This document shows positions 37,327 through 46,645 of a DNA stretch of 64,000 nt, one piece after another; within the stretch, counting starts at the first letter, position 1, and each line of letters opens with the position of its first letter. Source of the DNA: Candidatus Segatella mututuai. GTDB taxonomy: Bacteria > Bacteroidota > Bacteroidia > Bacteroidales > Bacteroidaceae. The stretch is from the NCBI GenBank assembly GCA_002439605.1, contig DJOI01000074.1, positions 14,109 through 78,108 of the forward strand, in the 5' to 3' direction. The notes beneath the pieces are model-generated. The model saw only the letters and a program-made list of their open reading frames with translations, did no database searches and had not been told where the DNA came from. The translations under genes and the position numbers were made by a program.

Positions 37327-40300
37327 TTACTTAGAAGCAGGACGCTTGATAGTAACCTGGAATGACAGTGGTACCTCGTGACCATAGGCATCAACAACAA
37401 TGAACTCCAAGTTTTCTAGGTGATCGATTGTCGGGGCATTCTCTGCCTGAATACCAGTCTGGGTAAAGATGAACTTACCGTTTGTAGCGTCAACAGTAAC
37501 ATTGAAGTATGGATCCTTCTGGCCTTCATATGTCAAGTGAGCTGAACCCGCCTTAACCTCCAAATAATTGTTGGTCAAGAGACTATTAAATGTACCACCG
37601 AAGAAGTCATTGTTATATGTATTCTTAACAGTGATGTCCTTGATGTCAGTCTTGATTACATTTGCAGTAGCCTTCCACTGGAGAGATGGCTGTTTTTTAT
37701 CTGCCCAAGCATAGCTGCTAGCTGAATGCCAGCAAGCGAATGTTACTGACAGAGGCTTGGTGTAGTCTACAGCGTGGTTCTGCTTAACCCAGTTACCATT
37801 CTTGTCTTTAACAAGACTAATCTCACCATAGTTGTACTTAACTGTTACTGCATGCTTGTCCTTTGAGTCGATAAAGTCCTTTGCTGCAACGTTTACAACG
37901 AAATTGTTATTCTTGTCAGCCTTTACGCTTGTCAACTTACCCTCTGCATCCTTAGCTGCGTCTGCGATAGTGAAGCTAACGTTGTTGTCGAGGTTGTAGA
38001 AGATGTTGTGCAAGTCTACAGAACCATTTGCACTCTTTGTAGCTACAGTGTAACCATTCTCTGGCTTCATGTAAGCAATGAAATAACCTGTACCCTTACC
38101 TGTTTCCTGTGCAGGACGGAATGTGATGTCAGCAGGGAATGCCTTAGGAAGTACCTTGGTATAGGTAGCTGTTACGGTACCTACCTCATAGTAGTTGTTG
38201 TCAGTGTACTTACGCAAAGTAGACTTCAATGTTACGGTAGCGCCATCAGCGATGAGGACTGGGTCGTTAACCTTGAATGCAATCTTTGTAGCTTCAGTCA
38301 TATCTGTAGTCTCATTGCCATCCTTGTCGTAGTAGACTGCAGTGAATACAGGTTTCTCAGCAAGAGGACAAGCATTGTTGTCTTCTACCAACTCCCAAGG
38401 ACCGTAGTTTACGCCTTCAACAGGACTGAAGTCTTTCTTCTCGGTAATCTTGTTCTGAGCATCCAAGTTACCAACGATGCCTGATGTGTAGTTTTCACCT
38501 ACAACTACGTAGAATGATTTACCATCTGGGTCGAGCAACTTACCGTCTTTGTTTACTGCGTATACACGAAAACCGATGATGTCGTGGTTTGCAGCCTCTG
38601 TCTTAATAGTAAGTTCCATGTTCTTGCTTGCAGGAACAACCTCATACAAACCATCAATATCATAACTCTTCCAAGCGTTGAGCTCAGAAACACCAGACTC
38701 GATAGCGTTACCCTTGTCGAGTACGACATAGTAATAGTCTGCAGCCTTGTTGTCTGAAGTCTTCACGTCAGTAATAGAGAAAGGCTTGCCAACTTCTACC
38801 TGCAAGAGACTCTTCCAATAGCGAGCATCATTTGTAGCGTTCTCAACATTCTTCTTCTCGCCTTCCAAAACAGGTTCTGCTGCAGCATCATTCTTCCAAG
38901 CAAGCTCTGGGTTCTTTGAGCTAGAGAAATTGCTATTTTCACCAACAATGCGGCTTCCGGTCCAGCGGTTGTGGATTTCGTCTACACCCTTGCCACCAAC
39001 CTTGAATGTAAAGTCGTTGCTAGGAACGAACTTATTGTAAGTCGGCTTAACATCGTAAGAAGATGCTACATACCGGTCAGCAGCAGCCTCAGCCTTTGAA
39101 TCAACAGTATTATTGATAGCTACAGCATAGAGGATCGCTCTTTCATCACCATTTTCATCTTTCACGGTAACACGCTCCTTGAAATCTTCCTCAGAAACGC
39201 CTTCAGCAACAGAGAGAGGGAGTTTCCAAAGACCTGTTTTAACAGAAGAAGCTGCACGAGAAGTAATCAACTGGTTGAACTTGGATGGAGTACCAACCTC
39301 TACGATGTCCTCAAGGCTATTACCATTAGAGTTCAAGAGAATAATCTTTGCACCCTTTGTGAGGTCAGCGTTAACAGGGTTCACACGTACTACGATAGAA
39401 GCATCGTCCTTTACGTCGATGTCCTTGCCCTTAACGTATTCAACAACAGGTTTAACATCATCACCTGTTTCATTACCAAACGTAGAATCGTCAGTGATCA
39501 AACCGTGAATCATATCTACAACGAGAGGGCTTGCAAAATTTAATTTAGAACCTTGAGAACCATCCCAAACATCAGTTAATCCATTAACACCTGAATATGT
39601 CTCAACGAGCTCAACGCTAGTTACTGCGGAGTACAACTCCTCAACAGCACCCTTGTATGCGTTAACTTTAGCACTCAAGCTACCGATAGTTTCCTTGTCG
39701 CCGTCAGCACCGAGGAGCTCGTCCCTGAGGTCAGAGAGTTTCTTATCCAACTGGTCTGCTGTGATCTGGCTTGTCTCCAAGTTACCGATGCGCTCCAAAG
39801 CCTTCTCGAATTCAGCCTGAGTAGCGGCAGCGTTTGCTGCATTCTGAGCTGCAAGAGCAGCGGCAGCTGCACTGGCAGCATCCTTAACGGCCTGGTCAGC
39901 TGTGTTTTGAGCCTTCTTTGCTGCATCAGCTGCAGCGGTGGCAGCCTTGTTTGCGTCGTCTGCAGAACCCTGAGCCTTGTCAGCTGCAGCCTGTGCGTTA
40001 GCTGCGTCCGAGATAGCCTGTGCAACGTCTGTTGCAGCCTTGTCTGCTGTAGCCTTTACAGCAGCGATGGCTTTGTCAACGTCAGCTTTTACAGCAGCAT
40101 CATTAGCCTTAGCCAATGCTGACTCTGCCGTAGTCTTAGCTGCAGATGCAGTAGAAGCTGCGTCCTGCAACTGAGTCTTCAATGCATCGATGTCGCTCTG
40201 CAAACCTGCCTTGTCTATTTGACTCTGCAAGTTGCTGATGTCATCATCATAATCTTTACAAGAAGTAAAGGTGGTTGTAGAGGCCACGAGAAGTGTGCCC

Positions 40301-40332
40301 ATAAGCAACGCGCTTAAATACTTTCTTTTCAT
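37327..40332 (-). CDS. Large surface lipoprotein (1001 aa) with Ala-rich coiled-coil stalk and beta-rich C-terminal domains
   Basis: Lipobox FTSC followed by acidic KDYDDD surface-export signal; Ala/Gln/Lys/Asp heptads over roughly aa 30-230. Confidence 0.85.
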   Translation of the reverse strand: MKRKYLSALLMGTLLVASTTTFTSCKDYDDDISNLQSQIDKAGLQSDIDALKTQLQDAASTASAAKTTAESALAKANDAAVKADVDKAIAAVKATADKAATDVAQAISDAANAQAAADKAQGSADDANKAATAAADAAKKAQNTADQAVKDAASAAAAALAAQNAANAAATQAEFEKALERIGNLETSQITADQLDKKLSDLRDELLGADGDKETIGSLSAKVNAYKGAVEELYSAVTSVELVETYSGVNGLTDVWDGSQGSKLNFASPLVVDMIHGLITDDSTFGNETGDDVKPVVEYVKGKDIDVKDDASIVVRVNPVNADLTKGAKIILLNSNGNSLEDIVEVGTPSKFNQLITSRAASSVKTGLWKLPLSVAEGVSEEDFKERVTVKDENGDERAILYAVAINNTVDSKAEAAADRYVASSYDVKPTYNKFVPSNDFTFKVGGKGVDEIHNRWTGSRIVGENSNFSSSKNPELAWKNDAAAEPVLEGEKKNVENATNDARYWKSLLQVEVGKPFSITDVKTSDNKAADYYYVVLDKGNAIESGVSELNAWKSYDIDGLYEVVPASKNMELTIKTEAANHDIIGFRVYAVNKDGKLLDPDGKSFYVVVGENYTSGIVGNLDAQNKITEKKDFSPVEGVNYGPWELVEDNNACPLAEKPVFTAVYYDKDGNETTDMTEATKIAFKVNDPVLIADGATVTLKSTLRKYTDNNYYEVGTVTATYTKVLPKAFPADITFRPAQETGKGTGYFIAYMKPENGYTVATKSANGSVDLHNIFYNLDNNVSFTIADAAKDAEGKLTSVKADKNNNFVVNVAAKDFIDSKDKHAVTVKYNYGEISLVKDKNGNWVKQNHAVDYTKPLSVTFACWHSASSYAWADKKQPSLQWKATANVIKTDIKDITVKNTYNNDFFGGTFNSLLTNNYLEVKAGSAHLTYEGQKDPYFNVTVDATNGKFIFTQTGIQAENAPTIDHLENLEFIVVDAYGHEVPLSFQVTIKRPASK

Positions 40333-40431
40333 ACGATAAAAATTACTTAAACATTATACATATATAAAATTAAACACAAATTTCTGTGCATTTTCTTATC
40401 ATCTCTTACCTAAGCTTAAGGTATTATGTTG

Positions 40432-40463
40432 CAAACTTACATAAAATTTTTTAAACTAACAAA
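40432..40463 (-). promoter_or_regulatory. SigmaA promoter of the large lipoprotein gene
   Basis: Minus strand TTTG-N20-TAAGTTTG followed by CA. Confidence 0.75.
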
Positions 40464-40863
40464 TAATTGGAAGCTTTTTTTAAAAAAAACATCAAATTTA
40501 TGTAATTTTCATGCCTCAAGCTGCCATTTATAGAAGTTTTATAGTCACTTTAATTCGTTAAACATTATTTTCTCTATACAATAATTTAAAAATTGGGTCG
40601 TTTTTTGAGTTTCTTTTGTGAAGTTACACATGGTCAAAAGGTTGAGTTGTTGCATTTTTCGCAGACAAATATGGAAAGCCTTTTGATGCCAGCTTCATTT
40701 ATATCATATCAATAAGGGAAATATAGAAAGAATAAGAGGAAAAGACCACACGCTGTCATGCGGTAATTCAAAAATGCGTGCGGACTTATTTTTATCATTT
40801 AGCAAATGGGAAACAAAAAAAAATCCCCGTAGCCCAAAAATGAACTACAGGAAACCATTCTTG

Positions 40864-40938
40864 TGGGCGTTGACGGATTCGAACCGCCGACCCTCTGCTT
40901 GTAAGGCAGATGCTCTAAACCAGCTGAGCTAAACGCCC
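40864..40938 (-). tRNA. tRNA-Val(TAC), identical to 30168-30242
   Basis: Exact reverse complement of the first copy. Confidence 0.98.
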
Positions 40939-41059
40939 TTACCTTTGTAAGCGGTTGCAAAGGTACAAACATTTTTTATTTCCACCAAATTTTCCTGTAA
41001 CTTTTTTCATCCTTACTCAAAAAAAAACTCTCTACACTTCTTTTACAATTAAAATAATA

Positions 41060-41444
41060 TGAATATCCGCAATCGTCCAAATAGCAAAATCCGCATGATG
41101 TCAAAGAGAACTTCTTGCAACGCAATCCCGATAAGTCCAGCCATGAGTACAACATACTTGGATGAATGTGGATATTTTGTTCTTTTGTGTGGCATGTGAA
41201 TATTCGTTCATGCCACGTTCATAATTGCTCACTGCACATTCAGTTTTTGAATAAAAACCAACAAGAAAAAGAGTCCTCGAAGCTTGCCTGAAGTCATGTC
41301 GTACGACTATGCACCCCCATGTCGTACGACTATACGACCTCATGTCGTACGTTCATAGCAACTATAGTCGTACGACATGACAACCTCATAAAAACGACAC
41401 TCGGAAAGGCATATATTTGCAGTTTGGACGATTGCGGATATTCA
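41060..41444. mobile_element. MITE-like or invertible non-coding element with 22-bp terminal inverted repeats
   Basis: TGAATATCCGCAATCGTCCAAA (41060-41081) / TTTGGACGATTGCGGATATTCA (41423-41444); no convincing ORF inside. Confidence 0.7.
41293..41381. repeat. Four GTCGTACGAC palindromes at exact 23-bp spacing
   Basis: Cores at 41298, 41321, 41344 (GTCGTACGTT) and 41367; the last unit is inverted. Confidence 0.92.
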
Positions 41445-41520
41445 AAAAAAATAAAAGAAGCGACATACCAAATACTACATACATGTACATATTAAACCTT
41501 CCCAAAGACAGAGCTACCAG

Positions 41521-41553
41521 AAAAAAGGGGTGTTCCTTGAAAAGGAGCACCCC
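41521..41553 (-). terminator. Terminator of ompA
   Basis: GGGGTGTTCCTT-GAA-AAGGAGCACCCC with adjacent A6 (T6 on the minus strand). Confidence 0.8.
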
Positions 41554-41596
41554 AATATTTCATAAACTGCGAGCAATAAAAGCTCAACAATAGATA

Positions 41597-42751
41597 TTAC
41601 TCAACAACCTGAACAGTTGCACGACGGTTGAACGAGATAGGAGACATATCGTTTACGCCACCATTACCCTTAGTTGTAATGTTAGCTCGCTTCACACCCA
41701 TCTTAACAAGTTCACTGGCAACGGTCTCTGCGCGACCCTCAGACAACTTCTGATTAACCTTTTCATTACCAGTAGCTTTGTCTGCATAGCCATTAACAAG
41801 CAAGTTGGAATTGTTTGCAATAGCATACTTGGCCAATGCACGCACATTTACGAGATCGTACTTTGAAGCTACACTTGTCTTATTAATATCGAAGAATACA
41901 GATACAGGAGTTGTAACGAATTCCTTAACAGTCTTAGGAGTTACAGTCTCAACTGGCTTCTGGTTAGCCAAGAGATTCTTCAGACGGTCGTTCTCAGCAT
42001 TGGCGTCGTTCAACTTAGCATTGAGAGCATCGAGTTCTGACTGATGAAGAGCATTAAGAGCATCAACGTCTGGAGTCTTGTTCCACGTAGACTTGCCAAG
42101 TTTGAATGTCAAACCAACTTCAGCATAGAGGTTGTTGTCGTGAGAATCCCAACCGCGCTCACCGCCAGTATGGCCACCATCGATATCAGTCTCGAAACGA
42201 TTCCAACCAGCCTCGAGATAAACGTTCACTTTCTTGGCAACCTTCCATGTAGACTGAAGACCAACACTGAGATCCATGGCATACATATTGTGAGTCATAG
42301 TACGACCAAAACCTGCACCTGCGAATGGAATGACATTCCATACTCGGTTCTCGTTGTAGCCCAAAAGCAAGTTACTGAGATTGAACATTACCTGCTCATT
42401 GACAACCCAATACCTGTTGAAGCTTCCATCTGTCTTTGTCTCTGGATCCCAAACGCGCTTGCCCCAAATTCCCTGAAGCTTTGTACGCAAACCTATGCCA
42501 GGAGTAAACCATTTACCTACAGCTACAGAAGCACCAGGGTTAGAACGGAACTTCTTGAAAGGACTTCTTGCCAAGCCCTGACCATGCTCTTCACCTGAAT
42601 ACCATGCATTCCAATCAGCACCAACCTCAATGAACCAATTGCTCCAGAATGAGTTTGTCGCAACACTATACTGCTGAGTAGGAGTTGCATCCTGAGCGAA
42701 ACCGCTCATAGAAATACCAGCAAATGCCAGTACAGCTAATAACTTTTTCAT
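41597..42751 (-). CDS. OmpA-family outer membrane protein
   Basis: Signal peptide, VATNSFWSNWF, GKWFTPGIGLR barrel motifs; OmpA-C motifs GYADKATG...N.KLSE.RA...NRRA. Confidence 0.92.
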   Translation of the reverse strand: MKKLLAVLAFAGISMSGFAQDATPTQQYSVATNSFWSNWFIEVGADWNAWYSGEEHGQGLARSPFKKFRSNPGASVAVGKWFTPGIGLRTKLQGIWGKRVWDPETKTDGSFNRYWVVNEQVMFNLSNLLLGYNENRVWNVIPFAGAGFGRTMTHNMYAMDLSVGLQSTWKVAKKVNVYLEAGWNRFETDIDGGHTGGERGWDSHDNNLYAEVGLTFKLGKSTWNKTPDVDALNALHQSELDALNAKLNDANAENDRLKNLLANQKPVETVTPKTVKEFVTTPVSVFFDINKTSVASKYDLVNVRALAKYAIANNSNLLVNGYADKATGNEKVNQKLSEGRAETVASELVKMGVKRANITTKGNGGVNDMSPISFNRRATVQVVE

Positions 42752-42934
42752 AACAATAAAAATTTAAACTTTCTTAATTTATATATTTTAATTTACTACT
42801 CTTTTACTATATTACAACATCCTTTATGGATTTTGGGGCAAAGTTAATATATTTTTTTTTAATTCTTTCTTTTTTTTTGAAAAAAAAACTGCATTTCCGC
42901 AAAAAAATACAATTTCACAGACTTTTTCTTGCTT

Positions 42935-44767
42935 TTACCCTAAAAGTCGCTCGATTTCGTGCTGTTGCAGGATGCATAGCACATTCTTACCATCAGGTGT
43001 ATAATTGACATTGCTACAGCCAAACAAATCATTGACCAAACCCTCCATCTCATCATTGCCAAGCACTTGACCTACTGGAATTGCAGCTGCGCGAGCCATG
43101 GAAAAAGCCAACGACTTGTTGATTTCATCTACCGCAGACATACCGCTATCCTTGGCAGATTCCACCATGTCACGAACCAACGAGACAGGATTAAGGCCGT
43201 CAAGTCCCGCAGGAACAGCATTCACGGCATAGCTGCCCCTACCCAAGTCTTCCAGTTCAAAGCCAAAAGCCTTTACCTGAGGCAGCAGCTTATTCAATAT
43301 GACATCATCAGAAACCGGGAATTGTACAACCTCAGGGAACAACACTTTCTGAGAATGATTCTCATGAGCAACCAACTGGGCAAGATACTTTTCATACAAC
43401 ACACGAACATGGGCACGATGCTGGTCGATAATCATCAAGCCAGACTTCACTGCAGTCATGATATATTTGCCCTTATACTGATAATGTACGGGCGACTTCT
43501 CGGCAATAATGCTCGCTTGTTCCTGCCCATCAGTCTGGACAGATTCAAACATGTCGAGTTCTTCTTCCTGGGATGTATCTGCCAATCCTTCATAAAGTTG
43601 TTCCCAACGCTCGTCAACAGGAGCTACCGTACGAGAACCTGCCCCCACATGCGTCCTAAAGGGATTATAGTTAGGGTCGACGCTTATCTTTGGTGCCGAG
43701 GCATTAGGAAACATGTCCGGATTATACACTGGAATATCAGGCTTGTCCACCGTATCAAAATCAATGGTTGGCACATCATTATACATACCTAAGGACTCTT
43801 TGACAGCAGCCGAGAGAATCTGCCAAATGGCTTGTTCGTTCTCAAACTTAATCTCGGTCTTCGTTGGATGAATATTTACGTCAATATCACCTGGAGCTAC
43901 CGTGAAGTAGAGGAAATACGGAACTTGTTCTCCCTGAGGAACCATTCGCTCAAAAGCAGTCATGACAGCCTTGTTGAAATAAGGATGCTTCATGTAACGG
44001 TCGTTGACGAAAAAAAACTGATGAGCACCTTTCTTACGCGCAGACTCTGGCTTACCGACAAATCCTGTTATCTTGCACATAGAGGTGTCTACATTGACAG
44101 GCAACAAATCCTGATTCAGTCGCTTGCCAAAGACATCGATGATACGTTGGCGTAGGTTGGCAGCACGAAGATTCATCAGCTCGGTACCATTGCTACGCAA
44201 GGTAAAGGTGATTTGCGGGTTAACCAAGACTATGCGCTCGAATGCAATAAGAATATTGTTCAACTCGGTAGAGTTGGATTTAAGAAATTTGCGACGGGCA
44301 GGAACATTATAGAACAAGTTGCTAATGCAGAAGCTGCTGCCTCGAGGGCAAGAGCAAGGCTCTTGCGAATCTATCTTAGAACCAGAGATGACTATTTGCG
44401 TGCCTATCTCCTCATCGGCCTGGCGCGACTTGAGTGTAACCTGGGCCACTGCGGCTATAGATGCCAACGCCTCGCCACGAAAACCCATTGTATGAAGATT
44501 AAACAAATCACCGGCATGACGAATCTTGGAGGTAGCATGGCGCTCAAATGACAGTCGGGCATCGGTTTCCGACATTCCCTTTCCATCATCTATCACCAAT
44601 ATACTTGTACGCCCTGCATCAACTACAGCCACATCGATGCGTGTGGCTCCTGCATCAACAGAATTCTCCACCAACTCCTTGATGACAGAGGCGGGGCGTT
44701 GTATCACCTCGCCCGCAGCTATTTGGTTGGCTACTGAATCGGGTAAAAGTTGAATTATATCACTCAT
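42935..44767 (-). CDS. mutL: DNA mismatch repair endonuclease MutL
   Basis: [54 protein letters not shown]. Confidence 0.97.
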   Translation of the reverse strand: MSDIIQLLPDSVANQIAAGEVIQRPASVIKELVENSVDAGATRIDVAVVDAGRTSILVIDDGKGMSETDARLSFERHATSKIRHAGDLFNLHTMGFRGEALASIAAVAQVTLKSRQADEEIGTQIVISGSKIDSQEPCSCPRGSSFCISNLFYNVPARRKFLKSNSTELNNILIAFERIVLVNPQITFTLRSNGTELMNLRAANLRQRIIDVFGKRLNQDLLPVNVDTSMCKITGFVGKPESARKKGAHQFFFVNDRYMKHPYFNKAVMTAFERMVPQGEQVPYFLYFTVAPGDIDVNIHPTKTEIKFENEQAIWQILSAAVKESLGMYNDVPTIDFDTVDKPDIPVYNPDMFPNASAPKISVDPNYNPFRTHVGAGSRTVAPVDERWEQLYEGLADTSQEEELDMFESVQTDGQEQASIIAEKSPVHYQYKGKYIMTAVKSGLMIIDQHRAHVRVLYEKYLAQLVAHENHSQKVLFPEVVQFPVSDDVILNKLLPQVKAFGFELEDLGRGSYAVNAVPAGLDGLNPVSLVRDMVESAKDSGMSAVDEINKSLAFSMARAAAIPVGQVLGNDEMEGLVNDLFGCSNVNYTPDGKNVLCILQQHEIERLLG

Positions 44768-44781
44768 TCGTTTTTTCAGTT

Positions 44782-44949
44782 TTAAAGTAAAACCATCACG
44801 GCAAGAAGCAACAGCAACAACACGACAAGCAGCAAGGCACGCTGCCTGCGCACAGGACGGCGCCCAGAATGGAAGTCGAAACCTTGACGGTGGAAATAAC
44901 GGGGTGCATACATGAACTGGCGTGGTTTGCGGATAGGAAACAACATCAT
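44782..44949 (-). CDS. Small hypothetical membrane protein (55 aa)
   Basis: [18 protein letters not shown] followed by a basic segment and a C-terminal hydrophobic helix; fills the gap between ostA-like and mutL. Confidence 0.55.
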   Translation of the reverse strand: MMLFPIRKPRQFMYAPRYFHRQGFDFHSGRRPVRRQRALLLVVLLLLLLAVMVLL

Positions 44950-44950
44950 A

Positions 44951-46645
44951 TTAGTTCTTCTTTTCAGTATTTCCTCCGCCTTTTGCCGTTCTTGGCAACA
45001 CCTGCAGAGGTGCCTCATGACGCCTGATGTTCTTGAGTTCTGTACCCTTAGCCTTACCGCGCCACACAAATATATCGTTTTTGTCCTTGGGACGAATCTC
45101 ATCAAACCAAGCGAAATTGGGCAATTTGTACTTCGTTGGAGGAATCTGCGTCATGGGATACATGACACTCGTAAACTTATTAGTCCATATATGCTCAAGC
45201 TGGCGCTGTGGTGTCATATACATGCGCATCGTGTCTGTTTCCAGAAAGTTAAGCCCCATCAGCGAGCTATCCTTGTCATCCACAGGATAATAAATAGTCT
45301 GCACATTTCCTATTGATTCTGCCATCCGTATCTGTCCATCCTTGAAATAAGCCTTCATCTCCTTGGAAGTTATCTGGTTATAGTGTACGCTGTCGGGCAA
45401 CATCTCTATCGACAAGGCTTGTCCCACCACATGTGCCAAGCGCAAGGTGGAATCGCGCATATAAGCATGGATAACCTCCCCCAACAACTGGCGATTGCCA
45501 TTCCAGACTATAGGGTCTTTATACATCGTCATACAGGAATCCTGCGAGTTGTAGACCAAGGAGTCACATACGGCCTGTACATCCTGACGAAAAGCACGCA
45601 CTTTATGGAACGCATGGATTTTGCGATATACAGAATCAGTACCTATATAATAGGTATAGATTTTCATCGTATCGGAATGAAGCCACATTGTATCTTTCTG
45701 TGAGTAATCTATGGCCACAGGATTCTTGGTGGCAAAGCCATAACCCGTTTTTTCATTGTATCGCAAGTAGTTGCAAGTAAGAGAATTTTTATTCTTCTTA
45801 TCCACATAGACCACATTTCCATAGCCACGACTGTCACCATTCTTCACATAATACAAACTGTCTCCTGTTATCGTCTTGTCCCTATCCGACAAAGTGGAGC
45901 GACCATACAACTGGGCGCTTTTTGTATTGGTGTCATAGTAACCATCCTTGGTATTCACAACACTATTGCCAGAAATCACTTTGGAAGGACCTACCATGTG
46001 GGCTCTTGATTTTGGCACGTCATAATATAAGGTGTCGGTAGTCACCAAGTCCTTGCCACTACGCAACTTCACGTTATACACGAACTTTGCCTCACGAGTC
46101 TTGGTATGATACTCCCCCCAATCGGAAACAAGTTTGTCTTTGCCATCTATGAGTGTTCCTCCATCAAAGAAGTTGGCCATTTCATACAAACGATCATAAT
46201 CCAAGCTATCTGTACGCAACACCTGTCTGCGATGGCGCAATACGACATTACGACGGGCACGCATCATCTGCATCTGCCCGTCATACTCGGCACGCTCACA
46301 CACCAAGGAAAGAGTATCTCCCTGGCGAAAATGCACATGCCCAAAAGCTTTTACAGAATTGGAAGCCTCGTAGAAATAAGCACTGTCACAGGTGAGATGA
46401 GCCCCTTGATGCAAGAAAGAAACCTTCCCTTTTACTATCTGCGCATCGGGATGGGAGCCATACATATCATATCGCAACTCATCAGCATGAAGCAAGTAAA
46501 CTCTGTCGCCATGAGGACGTTTCCTTGCACGCTTTTCTGAAGCCTGCATAACCTGGACAAGACTTAGTCCAAACAGGCATAGAATCAAGAGAAAGAAGAT
46601 TCCATGCCCGGTTATATGTCGCTTTATGATGCTGTTGATAGTCAT
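44951..46645 (-). CDS. OstA-like (LptA/LptD-N beta-jellyroll) protein
   Basis: LHADEL, G.V.F.H.GA.LTCDSAY, AFGHV, repeated D(S/T)L.Y strands. Confidence 0.85.
   Translation of the reverse strand: MTINSIIKRHITGHGIFFLLILCLFGLSLVQVMQASEKRARKRPHGDRVYLLHADELRYDMYGSHPDAQIVKGKVSFLHQGAHLTCDSAYFYEASNSVKAFGHVHFRQGDTLSLVCERAEYDGQMQMMRARRNVVLRHRRQVLRTDSLDYDRLYEMANFFDGGTLIDGKDKLVSDWGEYHTKTREAKFVYNVKLRSGKDLVTTDTLYYDVPKSRAHMVGPSKVISGNSVVNTKDGYYDTNTKSAQLYGRSTLSDRDKTITGDSLYYVKNGDSRGYGNVVYVDKKNKNSLTCNYLRYNEKTGYGFATKNPVAIDYSQKDTMWLHSDTMKIYTYYIGTDSVYRKIHAFHKVRAFRQDVQAVCDSLVYNSQDSCMTMYKDPIVWNGNRQLLGEVIHAYMRDSTLRLAHVVGQALSIEMLPDSVHYNQITSKEMKAYFKDGQIRMAESIGNVQTIYYPVDDKDSSLMGLNFLETDTMRMYMTPQRQLEHIWTNKFTSVMYPMTQIPPTKYKLPNFAWFDEIRPKDKNDIFVWRGKAKGTELKNIRRHEAPLQVLPRTAKGGGNTEKKN

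Noticed and set aside
30243..40863. tRNA-integrated genomic island or prophage
   Set aside because: The tRNA copies are full-length and inverted rather than a direct 3' att duplication; the block holds housekeeping genes (purB, asnS) and no integrase.
41101..41343. 80-aa minus-strand ORF inside the IR element as a transposase fragment
   Set aside because: Starts within the repeat array and has no recognisable motifs.
41293..41381. Mini CRISPR array
   Set aside because: Linkers are only about 7 nt, and the last unit is inverted.
42852..42888. Phase-variable homopolymers (T9, T9, A9) near the ompA promoter
   Set aside because: Runs of this length are common in the AT-rich intergenic DNA here; no evidence of variation from one sequence.
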